A stretch of 64,000 nt of DNA, taken from the NCBI GenBank assembly GCA_010015585.1, contig ML975149.1; one strand, given 5' to 3'. The translations under genes and the position numbers were made by a program. The stretch comes from Eremomyces bilateralis CBS 781.70. Taxonomy: Eukaryota. Under the pieces are notes generated by a model. The model saw nothing but the letters and a program-made list of their open reading frames with translations, did not search any database and had not been told where the DNA came from. Positions 1 through 10,719 of the stretch are shown piece by piece (within the stretch, counting starts at the first letter, position 1; each line of letters opens with the position of its first letter).

Positions 1-37
1 GCTTCAAAGCCAGCAAAGGAATGATAAGGTATCGTAC

Positions 38-1937
38 CTGGGCAGAAAGTCCAGCAGCTCCGGGTGATGCAACTCCACGGTCTCGTAAAACTCATTTTCA
101 CGGTTATTGAGCTGTTTACAAACGGCGGCGCGAGAGAAGCGGTAGACGGTCGAATGTCCGCCGACTTGATGATCGAACGGCTCGAGCTCGACGGCACCGA
201 GGGGGGCTGGTGGCTTCGAACGGCTACGATATTGCGACTTGGTTCGTCTTAGCGGTGCCGGTGTCATGTCGAATTCCTCTACTGCACTCAACTCATCCAC
301 CAGGGCTCTGTTGGAGTCTTCAAATGGCTCACGGGAAGGACCCTCGTCAATCGGATGGAGACTCGGTTCTTCCGTAGCTCGACGACCGACTTCGTGGAAC
401 AGCTGCTTTTTGTCCTGGGACTTGATGGAAATCTCAACCTCTCCGGGGCTTTGGCATAGTTCGTCGGCCTTCCACGCCGTAACCGCATCCTGAACCGGGC
501 GAGGTCGAGTTTCGATCGGTATACCCTTTTTGGGCGACGGTGTCCGGGTCTCTTCTGAGCCTTCTTCATTGAGAGTAACCTGACGATGAGGGAAATACAG
601 TGCTTTTGATATCTCGCGATCGGAGTCGTTTTCATCCTCTGCTGCTTTCTTGAGGGTTATCAAGGTGCTAGGTGAGTCTCTACCCAATGATGATCTTGGT
701 GTATAGGGACGTCTTGGTTTGGTGGAAGGTGAGATGATAGGCTCAGGAGACTGAAGTACGCTGTCTTCCGGGACTGAAGCCTGTTGCTTGTTTTCTGCTC
801 AACCGTGTATTAGCATCTATCGTCCTCATGGATGAATGCAAGGTGAGTTTCATTGGGGGTCCTCTACTTACTTGGTGTATCACGTTGATGGGCTTGGGCT
901 AGTTCAACTACTTTCTGTAGCTTCGGTATCCCGGGAGACTCTTCCTCGTCGTCTCGTTCATCGACCTTTCGATGCTCCCTCTGCGATTGTCTCAGAGACG
1001 CTGCAGCCATCAACTCGCGTAGGTGCTCAGTGCGTCTCTTATCCTCCGCAGCCTCGTTCTCCTTGAAGATCCCTAGGGTATGACTTGCTTTGCGACTGCG
1101 CGCAACCGCACTCATATCCGCCTTGGGCAAGGTCGCTTCGATCTTCTTGTCGACGTGCGACGACTGAGCCGTTTTGCCCCGGGCCAACGTTGGCTTTCCC
1201 TGTCGCCATGACCTGTATATTTTTCGTTCTTCTTCATATTGCGGTTCTAGTGGCGGTGACTGGCCGCGACTGCTGCTTGCAGCCGAATGGGTAGTCAGGG
1301 TCTTGATGGAACTCGGGCTGCTCTTATCTATGGTGTGCGGGTCGTGAGGTTCTATGGTATGGGACTCCCCGCTTGTGCCAATATACTGCCTCGGACTGGG
1401 TTGATCGTCCGAACCGTCCATCGCTCCAGGAGGCCTTGCAATGTGCCGATGTACGCCAATTGGATACGGCATCGGCATTGGCATGGTGGAGGACGACTGT
1501 TTCCCTACACGATGCTTTTGCAGAAATATCGGAGGCTCCTTCAGCCTCTGGGCTGGGATCGCCATCTGCTTGCTCTTCTCAGTCGGAGATCCAACATCAG
1601 CTAGGCTTTCGACCACCGGAGACAGCCGAGGAGAGGATTCTGGCGATTCACGCGTGCTGTACGTAGTGGCGAATATACTATCGCGCTCGTCCAATTGCGG
1701 ACCCTGGGTGAACTTGGATCGAAGGGCTTCGGCGTTGATCGGGGTGGTTTTCGACCTCGCCTCGGATGCGAGTTTGACGGGTGTCACGTCCTCACCGTTC
1801 GAGCTGGCGGGGTGATGCATCGGGCGGTGGCCGTCAGCAGATGAGGAATTGAGGGTGGAGATGTCGCGAGGTCCGCCATGGCGACTCGCGAAGGCGGGTC
1901 TTGCATACTTATCGGGAGGGCGGGGTGGGTTCGCCAT
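38..1937 (-). CDS. KCS1: Inositol polyphosphate (IP6/IP7) kinase, Kcs1-type; 5' part only, gene continues off the left edge
   Basis: Exon 1937-872, intron 871-795 (GTAAGT..GCTAAT..CAG), exon 794-38 (phase consistent, no stops), next donor GTACGA at 37. Motif VELEPFDHQVGGHSTVYRFSRAAVCKQLNNRENEFYETVELHHPELLDFLPRY is the start of the fungal Kcs1 kinase domain; RSRKASHTLGIFKE lies upstream. Confidence 0.88.
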
Positions 1938-3620
1938 GTTCGGGACATTGGAGAGACCACACTCTCACGACAACGAACCGCCTAGGGAGGGGTGGGTGGA
2001 TGAGAGAGGACGCAGCCACGGTGTCGGTGCGTGCTTGTCACTGATCTACTCTGTCAGTCCGCACAGTGGATGTCCGTTCCGTACTCTTCATTCTTGCGAT
2101 TATCAAGGGATGTGGGGCGAGGATGAAGTGGTGGCGGCGGGCAAGGACCGATCGGTGTGAATCAATACGTACCGGTGGAGAACCCCACGGACAATAACAC
2201 GAGTTGTCAATCCAAGCTCGGCGATTGCGATCCAATGGCGGTATAAGATGGGGTGGTTGCAAGCGGATGCGTGAGTCGGATGGTGGAGGTTAAAGCGTCG
2301 AATTTGTTGCGATGGATGAAGGAGGAAAAGAAATGGCGTTGGAAGTCAATTGGCGATCGCACAACGCGGAACGACAACGAGCATGACGTTTTGGGCTTGG
2401 CAGATTTCGTATTGTTCTCAACACCAACTGGGGGGATTCGGATGTAACAACCGGAACTTTCTATTCCTATACGCTCGACCGCTGGATTCTGTGCCTCTCT
2501 GTTCAAGTCCGGAACCTAGATGAACCCGATATTATAGGTCTGATGGCTGTTCATCTATCGTCCATTAATGTTCTTCCTTTCTACCCACGTTTTCTCCCCC
2601 GTTCATTCCGCTGGTACTCCGCACAGCCCAGGTAGTGGATCACCCTTCCAGCTTGTCCAGGTCCCAGCAAATCTTTCCACCATGCTGCAGTGGGACATAT
2701 AAAATAGTCTTCCACATACATATGTACTTGGTACTATGGATGATCCAATCCGCATGTATCCTGGTCTTCATGTTCCAATGTCTCGTCCTCATCCATCATC
2801 AATACGATCCCAAAGCCCTATTCATTCCATTGTGTATCTCCCTGGACGATCCGCCCATCCATCATTCACCGCTGCTTTCCAATCCCGAATCCCATTGATT
2901 GAATCCATCGACCATTTCCTTCCAATCATCCAAGAACGTGGTCCAGATCGTGCATATGCCAGGGGGACGCGGGTCCTGCCCTGCTGGGAACCTACGTCTG
3001 GCAGCGCGTTGGAGACGATTGCCGCCCCCTCGACCGCGATAGACGCGGGTGCTTCCGGACCTCCGTTCGTGATCAACGACCGATCTGTTTTTATATTCAG
3101 ATGGGTGGATCCTCGGCCTTGCTGGTTCATGCGTTGCCTATAGTCCCTAGGCTATCAACGGACCTTCGGCCCCTTCGATCGCCACCAGCTCCGTCGTTAA
3201 TGAAAAGGTAGTGTATCCGGTACTCGTTGGATTATTACTTCGGCGTGTAACGATCAAAGCTCATCGGTTGAGCCCCCGCATTCAATGGACGAATTCCTTT
3301 CTCTGAGTCGTAGGTGCGCTATTTTCTTGTCCTCCAGTACTCTATGCCGGCCGATCCCTGCCTGAATATAAATACTTCGTAGCGTCATCCCGTTGTTTAG
3401 GCTCCATGAGTGATTTCTGGGCGCCTTTAACCGCTTCGATCGTTCGACAGGTCCTTAAATTCCGGTTTAAACACTCAACGCGACGGTCCGCCCGATTTCC
3501 GTTCAAAGAGACGTCCAGAAGCCCAACACAGATATTGCGAGCCTCTTACCCATCATACAAAGCTCTTGCCAAATCTAGACGCCCCTAGTACACTGACAAG
3601 CCAAAGAATTATCTCTCCGC

Positions 3621-3790
3621 AAAAAAACAAGAACAAAATATACGCCCCTGCCCGGACTCGAACTTCCGATGTGCATAATTCGAGAGATGAACAACTGGTC
3701 CGATCCTTGGATGGCCAGCTGCCTCTCTCCCCTATAGACTTCCACAGCAGTTTTATCGGCTGTACTAACGACCCGGCCGTTTTCCGCTGG
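3621..3790 (-). ncRNA. Candidate RNA polymerase III-transcribed structured RNA (not a canonical tRNA)
   Basis: On the minus strand: TATA-like tract about 3817-3810, A-box TAGTACAGCCG 3767-3757, G:U-containing hairpin 3729-3682, B-box AGTTCGAGTCC 3664-3654, T4 at 3638-3635 and T7 at 3627-3621. Acceptor and T stems do not close into a cloverleaf. Confidence 0.5.
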
Positions 3791-4177
3791 GAAGATTGGG
3801 TTGGAAGAGTATATATATTCGATTCTTATTCATCGTAGAAGGGGGTGAATGGATCCATTTGGAATTGGCTGGGTTGCGTCGATTAGGGAGGGGAATTGCA
3901 CAGTCACGTGGAGCAATAGGTCATGGCGATTGACTGGATTGTGTTGGTTTTTTTATGGTTACTCTCCGGATACCATGTCGTCCTTCTATTTAGCTATTCC
4001 CACTGCCCGACGCGAGGCCCTTGCTCGCCTCCATGGCTCACTCACCTCACAATGGATGGACCCATGCGCGAGGGAGCAAGCCTTCCATTTACGGTTCTCA
4101 ATTTCCCGCGGATCAACACCCTTCCCCCCCCCTACCTCCCCTCAAAGAAACGCGTACCACCCCATCCCTCACCGCAC

Positions 4178-6308
4178 TCAAGCCCACCACCCCGACCCCT
4201 GATTCCCCTCATACGGATTCAGGTATTGTATCGCCTCACCCACCACCTGCTCCACCTCCACCTCCTGGGTCCCCTGCCCCGCATACTCGAACGGCGCGTG
4301 CGCCTTCCCCACCATTACGCCATTCATCGGTGATTTGCGATGGGTGGTAGATGATGGCGGGGCCCATGAGGTGGCCACCAAGTTCGAAGGCGCAGGTGGG
4401 TATGCGTTGATGGCGTTCCATCCGGCTGTGGCGGGTGGAGGTGCGGTGGTGGGTGGGGAGGGAGAGAAGAGCGGGTGGGAGGTGGATTGGGTGGGCGTGA
4501 TGGTGGGGTCGTTGCGGGGGGGAGGGTCTGTGGATTGGAAGACGTAGGGAGGGTCGCCGTTGAGGATGGTGGTGAAGGAGTCGGTTAGGGAGAGGCTTCC
4601 GCGTTGGTGCTTGTGCGGAGGAGAAGGGGAATGAGTCGAGTCGAGGCCCTGGGAGGTGGGGACGCGCTTTTTGGACTGAGGGTTGTTGCGCGGTTGGGTT
4701 GGGAGCTCGGTGGCGGAGTGGTGGATTGCGCCGTTGCGGGGATGGTCAAGATGATGAGGCTCTGGGGCACGGAGATATTCGCCGGGAGACCAGGAGATCC
4801 TGCCGTCGTCGGATAATTCCATAGCTTGGCCAGCGTCGCCATCATGCGCGTGAATCTCCTCCTGTAGAGCTTGCTCTATGCTTCGCTCCAACAATTGTGT
4901 CTGTTCCGTTTCGCTTCCAGGTTCCCCCGCCACGACCATTCCGGCTCGCTTTCGTTCCCCTTCCAGCCCCTTCTGCCGCCTTCTCCTCTCCATCTGCTTC
5001 CGCTCATATTCCTCAATCGTCAGCACCGCCCCATGGTTTCGCTGGTGGATCTCGAGAATATGCTCCTTGACCGTCTTCCCTTCGGTATCCCGATCATCGG
5101 TGATGGCGGAGTTCGTCACTTGGTCCAAGTACTCGATGTCCTCGCGATTCGGCTCGAAGAACCAACGGGTGTTCGCGATGCTGGGACTGAACGAATCACT
5201 CGGGGCGCTCGATTGCGCAGAGAGTGGCGGGGACACCTCCATCGTGGACCGACCCGGAGCGTACGCGAAGTTCGGCGAAGTATGAAACCCACCGCTTCCC
5301 ATCCCCGCGGAATTCTTCCCTCCCCGACGCGGCGGAAGGCCCGCGTCATTGATATGTTGAGCCATCCCGTCCATCCCCCGCGCTAGATGCACGTCGCCGG
5401 AATCGCTCAGCAGAAAGTTATTCCGCACGGCCTTCATGATCGCCGCCTCGGATAGGTGGCGGGCCTCGGCGAGCCCGTCCTCGAGCATGTCGGCCGCTTT
5501 GCGCTTGCGACGGACGTCGTGGGCGCCTTGATACGCAACGCGGAGGCCTTCTTGGGAGAGAATCGTCGCGGCACGGATGCCTTGATCGACATGGTTGAGG
5601 ACGCTCCGAAGGTCAATAGGGGGACGGGTGACATTTCCTTTCCCAGAGGAAATTTCCTGCTGGGAAGATGCAGCGAGGAAATCCAAGTCTTCAGTGTTAA
5701 TATCCACAGCATAAGCCCGTCCGTCATGTGAGGCTAGCAAGCTCTGATCATATGCCCTCGCCATATTCACCGCTTCACTCGGGATGAATCTCCTCCCCAC
5801 GACACTGTTTGCCGCGTTCTCCGAGTTGACCTGTAAGACCTCTATATCGGGGACAGAATCTTGAGGTTCCTCCAACACCGGCCGCTGAGGGGGACTTTCC
5901 CACGGATTGGCCCAGCCTTTGTCGAAGGGTCCCCGGAGTTCTGTGCACAGTAACGGAGGGAGATCGCCGGTTTTGAGATATTGGTTTTTGATGTCCTGGA
6001 TCCTTCGGAGTCGAGCTTCGCGGTCGTCGAGGTCGGTCGAGAGGGTTGGTCCGGGGTTGGAGGTCTTGGATTGAGCGGAAGGAAGATGTCTGGATGGGGA
6101 GGGGTGATTTAAGGCAGCTGGACAGAGTGTATTAGAATCACGGCAGTACTGGTAGACATATGATATTTAGAAAAGGCATATGAAGGGACTCACTTTTGTT
6201 TTTCGAGTGACGATGCTGGGCCCCGATACGTTCTATCGATCTCGGGTTAGCGCTGGACCAGATAAATGGGAAGTCAACAATACCATGGAGCGTCTCGTCC
6301 CTCGCCAT
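4178..6308 (-). CDS. Conserved fungal hypothetical protein (LRGPFDxGWxNPW motif), Pro/Ser-rich C-terminus
   Basis: The 566-aa ORF stays open upstream to an acceptor at 6118 (CTAAT..CAG), adding RLRRIQDIKNQYLKTGDLPPLLCTELRGPFDKGWANPW, a motif I recognise from uncharacterised Pezizomycotina proteins. Putative exon 1 6308-6194 with GTGAGT donor is phase-compatible; the start codon is uncertain. Confidence 0.7.
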
Positions 6309-7175
6309 ATGTTCCCGTGAATCGCTAGATAAGTAGGTAAGGAGACCTGTGGACTGTGATGAGGACCAATCCCATTGCCTATCGCAAATTAAAGCGAGGG
6401 AGAGCCAACCTGTGTGCTACGGAGCCTTGTCTCTGCTATTCATGAACAACCGCACAGGTCCACAATGAGTCGACAATGAAAGCGGTATATTATATCCGAT
6501 GATGACCAAAGTGGACGCGACGAAGTAGCCGCAGCTCAACCAGAAGCAGATGCGTGGTCGTCAACCAACCTCCCCGTCGATGCATCGACGCAGGCAACCA
6601 TGGCGATTGCCGGGCGGAGATGGGATGGGGGTCCTTCACTCTTCACCTAAGCCCAGCCGGACATGGGGGTGGGAATGGACTGGCTTGCGGACACATGGGG
6701 GGTGGAGAGGAGACGGGACTGGGCCGGGGGAGTTGGGACCCCCACCACGTCCACCACCGTCGCTTTGGGGGCTGGTGGAAGGGGGGCCGGCTTGTAGCGA
6801 TGTGACAGGTCGGTCTCGCAACATCATCTTTTTACGCTCATTCGGTGATCGAAAGGTGAGGATGGAAAAAGTCAAGATGAGATCGTCGAGGATCGGGGAT
6901 TTCTAGGAAGATTTACTTGGCGGGATCGTCATTGGTCCGGAGGTGTTCTTTGTTTAGTGATATTTTGAGCATCTCTCCTGTTCAGACTACATATATGGTC
7001 TATGTAATGTCGTGAAATTTCCATTATGATGCTTCATGAGTGAATCGTATCGCTAAATTGTCCGTTGCTGAATTTATATGACGAGGGTTCGCAATGTCTT
7101 GTAAAAACCGTCAGTACCGCACCATCCCCTTATCCGTACCCATCCTGAGCATGAAGGACATGTCCGATGCCAACA

Positions 7176-8405
7176 CTAACACCACGCCGCCTTCTCATTC
7201 GCAACCCACTGGACGTCGTCCCTCACGCTCTCCCCCTTCCTCTCCCCATACCACCTTAAACATGGAATACTCTCCGTCTCCCTCTCCTCTACCCTACACC
7301 CCCCCTCCAATAACCTCCCCGCCTCCACCACCACCTCACTCGGATTCCACACCTCCACCCCCTCCATCTGCCACCCACTCGCCTCTCTCCTCGCCGCGTC
7401 CAACACCGCCGCGATCCCCCCTACCCACTCCCTCCCCTCCCCCACCGCCCCTCCATCCGCCCCGTCCCACCCCTCTACCACAATCCGCAACACATGCAAA
7501 TGATTCCTCTCAGTGTTCGTCCCATCCGCATTATACCAGCTGCGCAACCAGTAGCACCACACCCGCTCCCCCTCCTCCCCGCAGACCGCGCCCCGCACCT
7601 CCGCCGGCCGCCCGAATGTCGCGGTGGCAATGACGTCTTCGCGCACGTGGTGCCAGCCGAGGAGCTCGGCGGTGGTGAGGAAGGTGACGAGGGAGGTGGA
7701 GGGGGAGGCGGCAGAGGTGGGGGGGAGGCGGTGGCGGAGGAGGGATTCGTCGAGAGTGCAGAGGGGGGGGAGGGAGGAGGTGGTGAGGGGGCGGGTAGGG
7801 GGGAGGGAGGGAAGGGAGGGGGTGGTGAGAGGGATGGTGGCGAGGTGGAGGTGGGTGGAGGGGAAGGGTTGCCAGCCGAATTGGGCGTAGTATTTCTAGG
7901 TTGGGGTTTAGATGGGAGGTTAAGGAAGAAGGACGGGAGGGAGGGAGGGTACCTTGCCAATGTCGGAGAATAGCACGCTGAATAGACACTCATGCTCCTC
8001 AGTCTGCCAGTGCTGAAGCTTCTTACCCAGTTCCTCCATCATGCGCCCCGCGTAGCCTCGTCCCCGTAACTCCGGCCTACAGAACACGCTCCCAATCCCA
8101 TGCCCAACCACATCCTTTACCTTCCCCTCCCTCGCGACAATCCCCCGTCTCTTGTACGTCTCGCAGCTCGACAGCACCATGCGCTCCTCCCCATCGCCGT
8201 CCACCAGCACCCAGTACGTCATGTTCGCCGGCGTCAGGTAGTCGTACACCGCGTCCTCGCGCACCAGGTACTGCTCGATGGTGAGGTTGCCCCGCCATGA
8301 TTGTCCATTGTTCGTGAGGAAGGCGCGGCGCTCGGAGGGGGTCGGATGGGCGAGGTGCACGGAGGGGGATTTCGCGTCGGGGAATTTCGAGGGGACGGTC
8401 GCCAT
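7176..8405 (-). CDS. GNAT lysine acetyltransferase, LYC1-like
   Basis: Exons 8405-7953 and 7895-7176 (intron GTACCC..TAG, phase 0). Acetyl-CoA motif IGSVFCRPELRGRGYAGRMM, then SVLFSDIGK/KYYAQFGW, and C-terminal SIPCLRWYG..WVANEKAAWC. Confidence 0.85.
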
Positions 8406-10287
8406 TTGGATGGGTTGTGCCGCTGTTCGGTCCCGGAAGTCGAAATGAAGGATCTATGAGTCGAGAGTCTTGGGGTCCCGGTCACTGATTCTATATGCTG
8501 AATGAAATATCCCGATGGAAAATCCTTCTCTTGATGTATGCACGGTAGGGAGGCAACGAGCTGGAAATGCGTCACACGGTCTATTGCGTCTACCGACTGC
8601 AAAGCAAAGCAACGAATAAGAATCCCTCGCGTCGTGTGCGTGACCCGTACCTCTAATGGTCTAGTTTCCGAGGGATAGCACGATTACTCGAGAAGATGGC
8701 AAACATCAATGAGCATGAAGTTGGACGATACTGCGACCCAGTGGAGACTATGCGGAATTCTGGTTGCCCGATGCCATCCGTCGTGAAGCGATGGGGACAA
8801 ATTAGCGATTGTGGGCAATGTCAAGCACCCGGTGATGGCTGATGGGGAGGTTGGTTGCTACAGCGAGCTGATTGCGGTCGCGAGCGATCGGGCGCTGCTG
8901 GACTCCTGCTGATGCATCATGCCCAACATGGTTCTGGGCTTGGTTCTAGACTTCTAGCCATGGGAGCTGCCAATCCGTGTCGTGCAATCCTGCGATTGAG
9001 ATGCTCTGGAGCTGCAGGAATTCCTTCTGTCGCATCGTTATTGGTGTGGGGTTGCAGAATCCAGACCCAATGGGCAGTGGTGTATCACGCATGAGGCCAT
9101 GACAGATTCTTTGAAGACGATCTGATGTTGTCTATTGGGCAGTGAGATCGATCACCGATTAAACCTAAGCGTTCATTACATCTGACTAAGTTCTGACAAC
9201 GTTCGAGAAAACAGGAGGCATTCTGCGCAGGAGGTATCATGCGTAGGACAGGCTATGCATCCACGATACGTTGATGAACAGGTATAGCACCATAATCTCC
9301 GTGAGATGCGAGAGAAATTTGGATATACCTGTCAAGCCCGTAATCTATATTCCGTAATTATATGCTGCCAGTTTCAGTTCCGGATGCTCGTTCCCGTCCG
9401 ATGCTCGCTCCGCGCTTTTGTCTCACAGTGCCATGAATGATTGATTCACCCCCCATTGGGCTCTGTGGCGTGCTAACGCCATATGGGCTAGTGTTAACAG
9501 AACAGGGACTAGCGTCTCCTTCAGGGTAGGTCCCTAAAGAGTAAGGCCTATCATAATGGCTCCAGGCGGCCGACTGTTAATTAGTACAGGCTGTTACTCC
9601 GTACAGAATGCGGTTTGCAGAGTGCAGACGCGTGCAGTCGAGCACGAACCCGCCCGAACCTTTTGTTTTTTCCTGTCTCTCCACAGCGCAGAACGCGTCC
9701 AAGTGTGCTACAAGTACCGCTACTGGACCAGGACCACCCTCCCCTTTCGTTCCTCTGCAGTGCTGCACCCAATCCAGCTCCCGTCAAAGCCCTTGTGAGT
9801 TGTGAGGCATCACTCCTGTCCCGGCAGTTGTCCACTGCAAGCGAAGCGTGGTGGCTGTCAACTGTCAAGCCTTGGAGAGTCGGACATATTCCTAGCCTTG
9901 CTTCCTCCCGTGTAAGGTGTAACACAACCCGGTGACTGTCACTGGTCGTCAGTAAGCTGCTAGAGCGGCAAAGAGGCGAGAGACCTACCAAACCGCATGA
10001 CCTGAATACGGGATTCTGCTCGACCGTGGTTGAGGCCGCTTCATTCCTTTTGCTCTCTGCTCTTTGGACTTTTGTTTCTCTGCACATTCTTTCACTGTCG
10101 ACCTTCATATACAGGCTGTCCGTTCGTCGGTCGATGAGGATTGTATTCACATGTGGCCAATTCTTTCTATGTGCATCGAGCCATTCTTCAGAACGGCCTG
10201 AACAAGGCTGCTGTTGAGCACTTCTGGCCCAGATCTTCTGTGGATGCTTCTGGCGTGTGGATATCGACCGTTGGATCGGGCCGAGCG

Positions 10288-10317
10288 CTGCTGAGTTCTG
10301 CTGAGTTCTGCTGAGTT
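10288..10317. repeat. Tandem repeat (CTGCTGAGTT)x3
   Basis: Three exact 10-bp units about 400 bp upstream of the RBR ligase start. Confidence 0.9.
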
Positions 10318-10719
10318 CATTATCATGTCGCCTCTGTGTGCCCCGTGTGAATCATATTAACATGATTCCATGTGGAAATCCGGCCGTGTTGAGCTGCCCG
10401 TGCCGCTCCATCGCCATATCTAACATTTAATCCGCTTAGTCGTCGCAGCGTGTCATTCGGTGAATTTCCTGAGGAAGCTGCCGAGCACGAGGCTGCCGCG
10501 CGAACTGGACTCTCTCTCACCTTTCGCTTCCATTTGACAGATTCGAATTCATCTTTTTTCTGCGAGGCTTTTTCTAGAGGTTCAACTTCTGTGCATGTCT
10601 TTGCTGGTCATATCCCCAACATCAGTACTCCCTTCTCCACCCGGAATATACTCCAGCTTCCCGACCGTATGTCCTGGGATCGGCAGCCCTCATTGAGATC
10701 TCCCCACACAACAGCCAAT

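Noticed and set aside
3642..3775. Canonical tRNA gene (3' end GTTCGAGTCCGGGCAGGGGCG)
   Set aside because: The T-stem 5' strand and the acceptor 5' strand do not pair; kept only as a candidate Pol III ncRNA.
7094..7993. Poly-Pro and poly-Gly ORFs in several frames
   Set aside because: By-products of the C/G skew within the GNAT gene.
9556..10217. Overlapping 60-190 aa ORFs
   Set aside because: No recognisable motif, splice structure or codon bias.
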